DNA of 64,000 nt from Chlorokybus atmophyticus. Its lineage: Eukaryota; Plantae; Mesostigma and Chlorokybus algae. Shown piece after piece: positions 50,900 to 64,000 of this stretch. Each line of letters opens with the position of its first letter. The first letter of the stretch is position 1. Location: NCBI GenBank assembly GCA_009103225.1, contig RHPI01002503.1, positions 625,585 through 689,584 on the forward strand. The letters are read 5' to 3'. A program made the translations under genes and the position numbers. Under the pieces are notes generated by a model that had not been told where the DNA came from, did not search any database, and worked only from the letters and a program-made list of their open reading frames with translations.

Positions 50900-53800
50900 A
50901 TGGATCGTCGCAACAGGTTTACCAGCGTCAACTTGAACGCATCGTATAGGCCCGCCGGCTCTCCTGCTACTTCCGGCACACGCACTAGGGTTGGCAGTGG
51001 AGGCTTGCAGGTGCTGGGACGGACCAGTCGACCAGCTGCAACAGGTAGCGGTCGGCCTCTGTCCGCCGGAGGCCGCGATGCCCCGGCTAACACTAGCACA
51101 AAGCTGGTCGTGCCAAAGCCAGTGAACTTGCCTTCCCGCAAGAGTGAACATGCAGGTATCAAGTGTGCGACATCCTAGCCAACCGTCGCCTGTTCTCGTT
51201 TTATGACGCATAGCAACCTTGTCCGTGTGGATGTGATGCCCAATGCGTAGCTGCATCGTGGTGGGGATTTAGTTTTAATAATGGGTTACGCAGTCTCATT
51301 GCTCTTGTGTCATGGCAATCAAAGGCGTATTCACCATCGTATCAGCCACCATGCATGCCTGCGTCTGCAGTGGTTGTCCAGTTGGTGGTCACTTCGCAAC
51401 CCACAGCAATAGTAGTTGACGCAGACAAGTTGGGGTGAGACGCGTGCGGCTTATCTTGCCAAGTTGTGTTCAGTTCTGATTGCATGTCAGGTTAAGAAGC
51501 ATGGAGCTGGGGCTGAACTGGTTACAGCAGTTGCAAATGTCGTGCTACTGAGCATTTGCAATCCTGTGCTTGTACATGGCAGGTTTGCTGGCATGGTGCA
51601 TATTTGCATGGGTTTGCTTTCGTGAATTTGCAGCAATGTAGCCTTTTTATAGCACTGCCGTGTTGTTGCGTGGACGTTGTCAGGCTTGTTAGCCGCTAGT
51701 GGTTGTGCCAAGCCTGTTGGTTTATCATTGGCTCTATGTATTCTTGCAGTGCGCATGCACCATTGGCAGGGCATGATGGCTGTCTCTCATGGCATGGGTC
51801 TTGCATTATATTGCAAGCTGTTACGTCTGCGTACAGGTTGAATTGGGACCATTACCTGTCACATCTACGTGTTCACACACTGCAAGTGACGCTCAATTTG
51901 TTCATGCCAGGAAACGATCCCACAGTGGCTATCGTCCCGACCGCCAGTGGCCATGCTGGTTGGAACAAAGCTGAACAGGAGGAGAAAGCTACTCACAATC
52001 AAGCTGCTTTGTCGTCAGGTTCGACTTGGGCTCGGCCTGTCAGCACCCCACCGGCTTACTCCCGCAGCCAGCGCCCTCTTTCAGCAGAAGAGTTTCCATC
52101 TTTGGGAGCACCAAGCGAGTATGCAGCTGCTCGTCAGGTTGGGCGTTCAATGATTCCAACTTGTTCCTTGAATCTTTGAAATCTCTTGTGCGGTTATGAA
52201 CATGCACACGGAGTGGTTATGTGCAGTTGGCTTTGTGTGTCTGCTCATACTATTGATGGGTACATATGCAGGAACATGTGAGACCTCCTTTGCCATTAGA
52301 TGTACCTCCCAAAAAGCCAGCACTTACAGCTGCTGAGCTCCGCTTGTCTACTGCAGCCCCGCTTATCCCTGCACGTCAGTGGGTTGATGATGAGCGAGAT
52401 ACATCGGCAGATTTCCGTGTGCGGGAGTTTGACCGAGACAGGTATCTAGGACGATCAGAGTCGGACAGGTTGGTGGATCGAGGTTATGAGCGGTATAGCT
52501 CATCAGATCGTCGTGCTTTTGACGACCGTGGGTACCATGACAACCGCGGCCCCTCCCGTGGTCCTGAGCGGGATCGGGAAGGCTCGTATGAGGACCGCAT
52601 GCAACGAGGATTCTTTGGAAGTAGAGATTTTGGTGGACCGGTGCTTCGCGCAGCTGCATATCGCGAGCAGTCTGACAGCATGCTCCTTCGCTCACACTCT
52701 CTGGGTCATGAAAGGGTTGATGGTCTTCTGTTGTCAAAGACAGCATCAGATTCCCTTTTGCGCAACATTACTGGCGACCGGTTGCCCTCAACTGAAGTTA
52801 ACCGGAAAGAAGATGCTGTGAAAGAGCGGGATCCAGTGCGGGAGGCTTATGATGCAGAGCTTGAGCGCTTGACGCTTCTCATGGAGCAGGAGCGTGAGCG
52901 AAAAGCTGAGGAAAAGCGACAAGTTGAGCAGGCTCGGATGCAGGTGGGCTTCATTGGTGCTTGCTGCTTACATCGCTGTTTGATTTTTGAGACATATGTA
53001 CCAATGTCATTCGCTACTCGCAGGCACGTGCCAACCGAGAGGCGCTTATGAAAATGCAAGCAGAGGCGGCTGCCAAAGCTGCTCAGGACTCGCTGGCCCC
53101 GCGGGTGTTGGGCATGGATGATTTGCGGCGAGTTCCTCCTCGAGCAGCTGATCTCGTTGCACGTGGCTTGCCCATGCAATTTCCACAGCTCTCCACTGCT
53201 GAAGCACTTGTAATAGGCACGCAGCCAGCAGCAGCACCATTGTCAAAGTCCGATGCTGAGGCAGAGCTACGCATTAGTGAAGAGAAAAAGCAACGTGAGG
53301 CTGAGAAAAGGGCACAAGAGGAAGCGGATCAAGCCAGGATTGCAGCTGCACAGGTGCACATCTTGGCATTTTGGCATACATCACAGTCAGGATGTTTTGC
53401 AAATCAACATGTTTGCAAGCAGGCCAAGTTGCGCGCCCTGGAGGAACGCATTGCGCAGCGTGCGGCAGAACAAAGGCGCAGAGAAGAGGTTTTGGGTACT
53501 GGACATATGAATCAAGTCGAAGTTCATGAGCATCAGGATCATGACTTAGGCACCTCCACAGTGGTGGACACACTGCCCAACGCAGGCACTGCACTCGCCG
53601 ACCAGGTATGCCGCGCTGTGCATTATTGTGCACCTATGTGTCAATACTGATTCCATTGGAGCTGCAGGCTGCAGTTACCCGCTCCTCCTCCCCAAAAGCA
53701 AGCACCTCCCATTATTGTGATATGGATACCCTGTCAACAACTTCTCGTGAAGATAAGGACAGCCAATCCTCGTCTCCCACACATGTACAAGCACGCCGCA

Positions 53801-56800
53801 CTGAAGGAAGCACTGCACGGCATGAGCGCTCCAGGTTTGCCAGCAGACCAGATAGCCGCAGCAATGCTCCATCCTGGCGTAGTCAGCATGTGGATGTGCT
53901 TGAGAGTTCTAGTCAGGCCACCGCGACAAAGGCGCTAACACAAGAGCCTCTGCGCTCAGCAGCTCACCTGCATGCCACTGCACCATCAGCTCCAGCACAT
54001 GTGGAGCACACAGTTGCTTCGCATGTGCCAGGCCTGCTAGCAGACATGGATGACGTGGACAAGCATGAGCCGGTATCGCCCCAAGAGTTGCTATCACTGC
54101 AAGGTGAATTACAAGCAGAAGCGTTAGCTGAAGCTGACGGCCACGCAGAAGCCCTGCGTCCACAGTCTGCTCAAAACTCCGTTGCCTCAGCTGTACTCAG
54201 TGCGCTTGGACAGTCTTCCATGACAAAGGCTTGGCAGACAGTGACTCAGACATCCTCATCATCATCCTCGCTTGAGTTCTCTGGAGAGCACAATCAGGCA
54301 GCCAGCCCCATGTCAGATGACCATGCTGCACTAGTGAGCAGTTCAGGAGCGGCAACCACATCTTCATTATCTAGCATCACTCAGGGTGGACAGGCATTTG
54401 CTGGCTCGCAGGCTCGTCTGCATGCTGCTGATGGGCCCACTCATGAGCCATTTGCCATGCTGCCAGATGCCCAGCAGCTATTTGGTTCTCCAGGGCAACT
54501 ATTTGGCCAGCACCAACCATTCCCAGCTCATTTGTTTGGCCCTCAGCTCGGTGGCCAGATGCAAAGTCCGTCTGCACAAACGGCGCAGCTTTCTGGGCAC
54601 CAGACTGCAGCTTCACAGCACATTCCCATGTTCAATTTTCAAGCACCCCTACAACCATCTTTGCAGCATGTGTTCTCTGCTGAGAATGATGAAAGCGAGT
54701 GGTCATTACCAACATCTCCAGCACCACAGCAGACTGCAGGTGCCATTGGTGATGTCGATGCAAGCACGCAAGCAGTTGCGATTGGAAGCAAACCAGCAGC
54801 AAGCAAGGACGGACATGGTCGTGAATCAAAGCGCTCAAGGGGTGAACGCCGTGGCTCTCGCGATGCACATGGTCAAGGGCCAGCTGGGGATCATTGTGCA
54901 GACCGCACTCTGGATGCAGTTGAGCGGAGTTCAAACCGAGGAAGGCGCAAAGACACTAGAGATGGAACTGCACGCAGTGAACGCGCTCAACCAGGGCCTC
55001 CGGCACAGCTGCAGATACAGTTAGATGTATTAGCTGGGCAACCCTCAGCCAGCACGGAACCATCACCACTGCACTCGGCTCGCTCCGACCATAAAGCACG
55101 CAGCGCTGCTCAACGCGGCCGTGGCCGCGTTTCTAGCGTGACAGCTGACGGGCTTGACGAGGTGTCTCCTGGTCCCCGAAGGGGTGATAGACGAGATCGC
55201 CGGCGCCAAGAATACCGGCCACGAGAACCGCTGCCGGAGTGGGCCGTTGCAACCGTATCGTCCGCGGGCACAGAGGTTGCATCTGGACAGGGACATGATG
55301 GTAATGACCCTTCAACAAGTGCTTCTGGACAATCAACGCAAGGTGCACAGCCTGGCGAGGTGAAGAGCTCGCTGGGCAATGCTGCAGCTGCGCAGTGGAC
55401 GAGTAATAATGTTGATGTACAGAAGAGTTCAGTGTCCAGCAAACCAGCACCCCAGGATAACGAAGCTGTACGACAGGGCAGTGTACCCGTTGACACGGTA
55501 TGAGCACGTGAGTGCAGCATGTCGAACTTGTATGACCTTCAGGTGTGGTGATGTCGTATTGCTTTGCAGGTGCGGGAGGTTGACAAAGCTGGTCCAAACG
55601 ACCGCCGAGGGAGGCAAAAGGCCGACAGGCCTGCGACTTCTGTCCCGGTGTCTAGGTCAGGCGTTGGCGCGATCAAACCCAGGTCCTTTTAGACTCGCCA
55701 TCAGCTGTTTGCCATCACCAGTTTTGTAGAGTGAGCAAGCTACTGACATGTGGTATTGAATGCACAGCTTTGGCAGCAAGGCGTTGCGCGATGCCCAAGA
55801 GAAAGAACATCTTCCTGAGGGGCTCTTTACGCCTCCCGCTGAAGCCTCAGAAGGAGAAAGCGCTGTGAGCTTGCCTGCTTGGGGTGGCACACGCCCGCAT
55901 GTACAGGTTAGTATGGTCATACGGCTCATGTTCACCTTGCCTAAGTCGTAGCGTGACGGGAGTTGGTAGCAGGTCGTTAGCCTTACTCAAATACAACTGG
56001 AGGAAGCCATGAAAGGCAAGGATGCGAGCTTGAGGCGGGGTTCAGTAATGACATTAGGTGGTGTGAACACAGACAAGCCTTCAGGCACGCCTGGTACGCA
56101 GTGCTTTGCATGTGTTTGAGTGGCAGCAGGTGTGTGAGACGCCTAGCAGCACTCATCTCATGTTTACTGCAGTGGGCTCACACCTTGGCCCTATTCGCGC
56201 TCCATTGCAAGGTTTGTCGCGCTCTACAGAGCTGAGTACTGAGCCTCAGGTCATGAAACAGCAAGGCATGTTTGGGCTCAAACGGCCAACACTGGAGCTG
56301 TATCGCCCTGCCTCTAGTGGCGCTGGCGGTATGCCAGGTCTATCCTCGCCACATGATGATGTCATTGCTTCACTGCCATCAGATGCAGATGCATTCGGTG
56401 CTGTGGCAAGTCTAACATCGACTAACAATGCTGGTATGCTGCGCGGGCATGCTGCATACCGCACCGCACTGCAGTGCACACAGTTTGTACACATCAGTCT
56501 AACTCAAGACTGCGTGCCGCATAGGTGGCCTCTCCAGCGTCACCCAGGCAGTTGAGGATAACATCACTGCCAAGCTGCCTGAGGACCTGTCATTTGGCAG
56601 TTCTCCACAGCTGGCGACAGCCAGAGGTTCTGCCCATGACAATCATGGGAGCTTACCTGAACAAGTGTTTGCAACATCTTCTATGCACATGGCTGGTGCA
56701 ATGTTCTCACAGCCCTTCCCACCGCGACCATTTCCAAGCCCAGGGTGGCCGCAAGCGCCCCCACCTGGTAGCGCCTTCTATGGTGGACTTCCATCCCAGG

Positions 56801-57791
56801 TGCAACGCACTTTGTGCTTGAGTGCCGCACTGCCAACAGCCTCTTGTGAGTCTAGCACCAAGCCTTCGAACTTGTGTTGCAGGGGTTGCAAGGGCTGCAA
56901 GGGTCTATGCTGGTATTCAATCATGCGTTTGGACCAGTCAATCACCAGTACACCAACTTCATGACTCCACCTTACATGCCAACTGGCAAGCAGCCTGATT
57001 GGAAGCATGTACCTGCTGCCCATGGCCCAATGTCTGGTGTTGGGCAAGGTAGTGCCGGCCCCATGTTGCAGCCTCAGGGCACTTCACTTCTGAATGCAAG
57101 CAGCATACAAGATAGAGCCATGTCACCACCTTTCCAGGTACGCTGCAGCCATCAATCGCTTAGTGCTGTGTCTGTGGGCTTATCAGGTCGTGCTGCTGTG
57201 TTGTTTTGCTAATGCTGAGTCCTGGCCTTACATTCCATACAGGCAAGGGGTGGCATGCAACCTCAACATTGGACTCCATCTCCAGGCCCACCTGCAGCAG
57301 CTGCACCACCAAGCCCTGACCAGTTCATTAGCATGCCCAGTGCAGCAACCCTCTCCAATTTGGGCAATGCTGCATTGGCTCCCAACCTACCAGACAACCT
57401 GGGAGTCGGAGATGGCCCAAGCGACAGCCCTGTGTATACTCAGCAGCCTCAATCCAGCAGGCCAGGTGGCCGCACCATGCGGGGTCGAGGCGCGCGTGTC
57501 ATGCGCGGTCAACAGCGTCCAATCAGTGGGCCTATGAACGGGCAGGCTACCATGGACCGAACCGGTGGCCAGCTAGCCACGCAGTCCTCTCAAGACAAAC
57601 CAGCAGGAGACTCTTCTAACAGCAGGGGTGGTCACCAAGGTGGCAGCAACCAAACATACAGACGGGTTTCCCGTGGCAGCAGTCCTGCCAGCAGCAGAGA
57701 CAGCAACAATGGAAGTGGCGAGAAAGCGGCTATGCGAATCAAGCAGGTGTATGTTGCCAAGGGAGCTGCGAGCGTCCCAGTGGCCAACTAG
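50900..57791 (+). CDS. PRRC2/BAT2-family (plant MOS1-like) large disordered protein, multi-exon
   Basis: N-terminal BAT2_N-like motif VPKPVNLPSRKSEHAG|NDPTVAIVPTASGHAGWNK; EEFPSLG; R/D/E-rich and coiled-coil segments; long low-complexity C-terminus; GT-AG introns; TAG at 57789-57791. Confidence 0.75.
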
Positions 57792-58410
57792 CATAAACTT
57801 GCATGTCAAGTGTGATTGACAGTTTTGTTGTTGGCACATGTGCGCAGCTGGTCATCCCTGAGGCCTGCTGAGAGGTGTATGGACCTTTGCAGCAAGGGGG
57901 GTGACCGTGCCAACTGTGCATGGACCCTTTCATTGAGATAGATTCCCCAATGCACTACATTGTGCACCCATCTCAGTCTACAGCTCGTGATTGCAAGTTG
58001 CTGCAGAGTGGGTTCAATCATTGTGAAGTTATGGCCCTGCGCACCAGAACCAGGGTTGTAGGTTACGAGATACCTGGTTTGCCAGCAGTGCGGATGGTTG
58101 GGATTCCCAGATATGAACTGGTGTTGTTAGATATTTCGGTGAGTGTTGTGGGTAGGGCATGCAGCAGGACTGGCGTTTCCTGCGCAGGAACAAGGGCATA
58201 CATGAACGGTGTTGACTGCATGTGGACATGATGCTGGGTCCATTGCATGTCTTGTGCATGTGCATACGTGCTACGTATTTTCTGTACAGTATGGATGGAT
58301 GCTGCAACTGAAGACTGAAGTTAACCACAATTGTATGTGCATGGTCGCGCACCGATGTTTTGGCTAGAACGAAAATTGTCTCTTGATAGGGGCGGGGGGG
58401 GAGGGGGGGG

Positions 58411-58698
58411 AAGCCAGCACTTACAGCTGCTGAGCTCCGCTTGTCTACTGCAGCCCCGCTTATCCCTGCACGTCAGTGGGTTGATGATGAGCGAGATACA
58501 TCGGCAGATTTCCGTGTGCGGGAGTTTGACCGAGACAGGTATCTAGGACGATCAGAGTCGGACAGGTTGGTGGATCGAGGTTATGAGCGGTATAGCTCAT
58601 CAGATCGTCGTGCTTTTGACGACCGTGGGTACCATGACAACCGCGGCCCCTCCCGTGGTCCTGAGCGGGATCGGGAAGGCTCGTATGAGGACCGCATG
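58411..58698 (+). repeat. Exact 288-bp duplicate of 52314-52601 (probable assembly artefact)
   Basis: Identical to a PRRC2-like exon segment; bounded by a G-run and an N. Confidence 0.7.
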
Positions 58699-61600
58699 NT
58701 AACATTGGGTCGATATAGTGTCAGAATGCACCATGCATGCGCAATGTTAAGTATCAACACTTTGATGTACGTAGTGACCACAGCATATAGGAGAGAGAGA
58801 TATAGGTCTGTAATGTACGCCGCTAGTTTATTATGCAACACTGTTGTAGTTGGGCCTCATGTAGACTCATTCACACAGAGTAGCGCAGCTGCATACTCTA
58901 GGAGCGCACCACACCATGCCAGCGATATTGCAATTTTAGCCAATCACGGTGTTGTCATCTTACAATGCATCCGCTTCGTGAGATTGTCAACGGATCGTGC
59001 TGTTTGTTTGCAATCATTATTATCATTGACAGAGTTGTGTGCGAAGGGATAACTTTACGCTCCATTTGCAAGGTGTCATAACGCTGAGCATGGCAGTTGC
59101 CATTAATTATTGGCGATTATCGCCGTCATCTCTTACAATAGTGACAAGCATCGCAAACATAGGGTGTGGCAGCGCATGACATGAGCTTCATGTCGAGTAA
59201 TAAGTATGTTGTTTAGCTAAGTTTGGCATACACATTCGTTTACGAAAGTTGTTGCATGGCAAGTTGCACCTGCGCTGAGATTACCTAACTGCACTGTGAC
59301 TTTCACATGGAACCATCTCCGTGTCGGCATCTAGCCCATCTCCCTCAGGTGACAATGCGAGTCTTAGAGCGGAGGATTTTACCCCGGAGCTGCAGTAAAA
59401 CAAGATGAGACATGACGCGGCAGAACGGCGCGGTGGCGAGCTTGTCCGCATCGCAACCATTCATGATTTCAAAGTGTTTACCTTGCAAACCGCGCATGAA
59501 AAACATTCCCTTCACGTGCCGGTACATTGCATTCTTGTACGCTGTGGCCTGCATCGCTGCGTACTCGGTTAGTATATCCGTCAATGTCAGCTCCATTTGC
59601 ATCACTGACATTTGCAAACCTTTGGCGTGGATTCAGCAATGTCACGCCAAACGTCTGCAAATGCAGCTGATGCAAAAGCAGCATCACTTGAAGGACTCGC
59701 ATCTGATCGCGTGACACTGCATGCTCAGCGTTGGTAAGCACATCATGGTATTAAGCTCGTTTCCCTCTGCACATCGACAATCAATGCAAAACTCGAAGAA
59801 CGCTTCATGTAAGTGCTCCCCACCCCAATGTGCATCATAGACATGCGATATATATAACACGTTATAGGCGCGAGGTGACGCGCACAGTCTCATTAGGCTT
59901 CAGCCCACGAAATGAATGCCGGCTTTAGTGAGTATGGATATCCAAGGCACTAGTGTGTCTTACCCTCATTACTTGACAATTCTTACCCATTCTAGACTAT
60001 TTTTAGTAAGTTGCAGGGTGCGCGACACATTTATTATAACCTCATCAAGCGCTGAAACAATATAACCATACATATATGGCCTTATTTCGTCTTGAAGCAT
60101 TTTTTACTCTTCACGGTATATGGAATCACCATAATGCCATACGCCTGACCATTGGTCCTCTTTAGTAGTCCATTACGAGAGAAGAACACTACCATAGCAG
60201 ACTGTTTGCATAATTTGTGCATAGTTGCCAGTCAGACAAAGTATGTGGGTGAAGGAGAGCGGGAGAGTGGGAGGGGGAGGGGGAGTCCGTGAGCTGCTCA
60301 TGCTGCTGGCTGAGGCAACCGGGTGGAAGACCGACCAACTAGCTGCACGTGCGTGCAGGTAAAGACTGTGAATTGCCATGCATGCACTGCCTGATGTCTA
60401 CTGCAGTAGTGGTAATTAGTGTCGTGCTGAGTGAGTAGATAGACTAACATGTAGCCCGATGGTGTTATATGTAGATACATGCGGTGCTAATTCAATATGT
60501 GACATGTGTACATCAAATGCAGGACATGCATGCGCATGCACAACGTTTAGTCCAGTCAGCACGCAGCAACACATGCAAGGTGTCGTACAAACGACATTTA
60601 GTTGACCACCGGGCTACTACTAGCACTTTAATCCTCTGCCTCTACCCCGTTGGACATGCAGCAGTCAATATGCAGTTGGTAATCACCTGCCCACATGGGC
60701 GTTGTGTGTGCTTTGCATGCGGTGTGCTTTGCATGCGCGTGATGCAGCTTACATCTTACATCTTTTGTAAACAAGCACCTTGGAGTACATACAATGTGGC
60801 GTATGTATGCTCATCCAAAGAACATGCCAGTGTAGGCAACATACAGCATGCAGGCAGTCATTGTTCTTTAATGGTTTACCACTGGGCTGACTTAATCTAG
60901 CTTCCCGACCAATGCTACCAACACCACCACTCTGTTAGACATGCATAGCACTTGCCAATCACCTGCACAACCAGCAGCTTGGCAGTGAGTCATGTTCAAC
61001 AGCGCCAGGCAGTCGGCAGCAATAGCAGACGGACTCCCCCTCCCTCCTCTCGCCAGCATCACCCTCGCCCCTCCTCTGCGCTTGCCGCAGTGTTCGGCAG
61101 CCCACTGTAACCTCAACCATAGCATGCGCTGCCGACGTCAGCAGTGCACGCTTGCAGCGGTGGCACACGGCATGACGGTTTGGTGCAGTTGGTTGGGTTG
61201 GGTGGTGGGGTTGGTGCTTTATGCTATATACCCAGATACAAGTGGTTGAAAGACTCTACCCGGTAAAGAGACTGACGACTGCAAAACCTTGGCTGGGAGA
61301 TTCAGCATGCAGTACGCAATCACAACCCATGCACCGCTTGTCAGAGTGTTGGGCCACCATCCTGCCCATTGTTGCAAGCGTCTAGCAGCTAAGACTACCT
61401 GACCTGATCACTGACAATTTGTCTAGCGACAACCCTGGTTAAGCCTAGACAACGCTCGCAAATTGCTCAATCATACTAATTGTATCCTAGACTACGCAGG
61501 GTGTACCTGCCAAAGAGTGCCCTACATGGAGAGATTGTTTGGGCACATGCATAATGGCCGGTTTGCACATTTCACGCGTTTGCTTGCATGGGTTGTCACC

Positions 61601-61784
61601 TGCCTGTACCTGGCAGCCGCAACGGACTCTTTGGTTTCCTCATGTAACGAAAACACGTTGTCCATGATGTCCCCGTGCGAGCCACCGCTCAAGCCAGAGG
61701 AGTGCACACATGCTGCAAAGACAATTCATAGAACTTCCAAGCCCTGCTGTTTACATTGTATCAGGTCACTCCCTGCACGCTTCG

Positions 61785-64000
61785 TCACAACTGCTGCTGA
61801 AGCTGCGCTTGCTGCTCCGCGGCGTAGTCCACGAGCACCTCAGGTGGATACTCCACGCAGTAGAGTGTGAGGCCCTCTGCCAAAGCACCGGGGGGAGCAA
61901 GCTGTCGGTTGCCAAGCTGCAGCAGGTTTGTAACTGCTTCAGGTTGCAACTGACCACGGCCAACCTGCGATGCGAAGTGAGTAGCCAAAGCTGTATGTCA
62001 CAGGCGGAACTATTGCCTTGAGCAGCCAGACAGTTGTACAACCGAGTAGACATGCGCTGGTGCTGTAATTTTCGCACCAGGTGTGTTGCAGGTACTGACT
62101 TGCGCAGTACTTATACAAGCTATTATATCATGAATCTAATGCCAGGGCTACATTGCAGGGCTTAGCCAGCAATTACTCACCTGTAACAACGTGCCGACCA
62201 TGTTGCGCACCATTCGGTATAAAAAGGAGCGCCCCTGTGCATGCACATGTTGGCGCACATCACGACAAAAGACTGTGGCTTATGATGCACATCAGTGGCA
62301 TGCACCGTTGTTCTCTCTGACCTGGACTTCAACGCGGATGCCATCCTCTATGTCAACAATATCGCAGCGCAGGATGTGGCGCACAGGATTGCGCCACGGT
62401 GCATTACGATCAGGATTGGTGTTGGCGAAGGTTGAAAAGTCGTGTGAGCCAACAAAGACCGAGGCTCCCGCCCTCATCGCTTCCGCATCCAACTGAGCTG
62501 CCAGGTGCAACTCAACTCACTGAACACGTCAGGCTGCACCGCCACCTGGCATGTGCACCAACATATGTGACATAGCATGCACAATCTGCATACTATGTGC
62601 CGACATAGTATGCTTGCGATGATGTTATGCAACACCTCAAACACGCAGGGATCGAATGAGAGGCATGTTGTCATGATTTCCGAGCAGCGAGAGCACAACC
62701 GTACCCTGGCACGATAATGCAAGCTGTACTTGTGCGTGAAGGGGTCAGCCACAGGGTGCGTGTGGATGTTGTAGTGATACGTCTTGCTCACTGGCGAGTA
62801 CCTACGCGTTGGTACACAACGACGGATCAACTGAATGTTGTTATGCCCTACTACATGCTCGTTGCAACACGGATCTGCATGGAGTCAATGTAAAACCTTG
62901 CGTGGAAGTCTGGATGGACGGCAACCAGGTCCCTTACACGTATGTCCAGTGGCAGCAAACCTGCATACGTGTTCCATGGTCGGATGGTCAAAACGAAGGC
63001 ATTGTTGAGAATGTGAATTGTATTGGTATAGAAAGCGAACTTACGCACCATTCAGGTTATTAAGTAGTTTCCATGTGTCCACAGGGGTGTTCGTCGAGAA
63101 GTGCACCACCTGGAATGAAGTGGCAACCAGTGGCGCTATTGGCTGTACTCGAACATCGTGCAGATACAGAAAGCTTTTTAACAAGTGTTCTTCCATATGT
63201 GTGCACCTGACCCTTGGCGTGAACGCCGCTGTCGGTGCGACCGGCTCCCATGACACGAAGCACCTCCCGGGGTTCGCGTGCCGCCGTGGTCAGTGCACGC
63301 TGCGAAGACAATGAAAACGGAGTTGAATAAGCGTACCAATGCAGTAGGTTTCGTGTTGCCAACCTGCACGCTGCTGGTGCGCACAATATATCCACAGCTA
63401 ATGTACTTGTTTGTGAATCGTCACAGATGAACATAACAGTCATCGCACAAAAGAATGCATTGCTAAGCATGCCGTGAACAGTTGCACAAGGGAAAGCGCT
63501 GTAGCGTGCCTGGCATGCAGAACATGCGCTGTGTGACGTGGCTGTTGGAAGCTTTGCATGCACCTGCACTTCGTGCATGCAACTAGCGCAGGCATGCAGC
63601 CTGCGCTATAAATTGCACAAACAACTAAGTGCGCTCAAACTGCTCTACCACGTTTCTGTTTGTAATGGCAGCTTGTCTTACCTCAAGGCAGCCCTGCACG
63701 GTGGGCTGCTTGCCCTGCAGCTGGAAGCCGTAGTATTCCGTGCCGTCATACGCCACAGTCACCCTGTACTTGTACCTAGCCCTGTAGCTGGCCGCACCCC
63801 TCTTCTCCTGCTCCAGGTTCTCCTCCCCTACACCTTCATTGTCCTCCCCTTCTACACCTTCACTATGCTTCCGCCCTTGGAGTGCAACATCTGGCCGTGC
63901 GCTGCTTCCAACTCCGCCTGCTGCTGCTGCTGCTGCTGCTTGGCCCCACGTTGCTACCTCTGCCCTCCTGCGCCGCCTCCTGGTGGTGGTCAGCCTGGTG
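61785..64000 (-). CDS. truA: tRNA pseudouridine(38-40) synthase, TruA family, multi-exon, 5' end at or beyond the window edge
   Basis: YRVTVAYDGTEYYGFQLQ; GAGRTDSGVHAKGQ; LLPLDIRV...PDFHARF; KTYHY; FVGSHDFSTF; GRSFLYRMVRNMVG; APPGALAEGLTL; stop at 61785. Confidence 0.9.

Noticed and set aside
58411-58698. Apparent partial duplication or retrocopy of the PRRC2-like gene
   Set aside because: 100% identical, bounded by a G-run and an N, with no TSD or poly-A; best explained as an assembly artefact.

Overview
Eukaryotic nuclear DNA from a plastid-bearing alga, most likely a chlorophyte (short GT-AG introns, a Tic20 gene); the lineage cannot be fixed from the sequence. Four host genes are recognisable: tepsin/MTV1-like ENTH-VHS (-), Tic20-family (+), PRRC2/BAT2-MOS1-like (+) and TruA pseudouridine synthase (-, runs off the window). 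They flank a ~32.7-kb nested retroelement island (15027-47705). The island holds three diverged, decayed copies (I, II, III, all on the - strand) of a ~10-kb Ty3/gypsy-type element with the order Gag(2x CCHC)-large unknown domain-[stop shared by all copies]-aspartic protease-C5 DNA methyltransferase (DNMT3-like, full motif set)-RT-RNase H-DDE integrase-PHD finger. These elements lack ordinary paired LTRs. Copy II (27340-37592) sits inside copy III's integrase gene between 4-bp AAGG duplications, has TG...CA ends, and its two ends are unrelated sequences (A and B). Copy I ends in B-A-B with a CA-GC-TG junction, i.e. a split or circularly permuted LTR. Two copies of a ~500-bp TRIM and a solo LTR are nested in the island. 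Other items: a ~1.35-kb foldback with three perfect palindromic cores, a GGTCACC hairpin array, and a probable non-LTR endonuclease fragment. The poly-C/G runs, N gaps and a 288-bp duplicate are treated as assembly artefacts.
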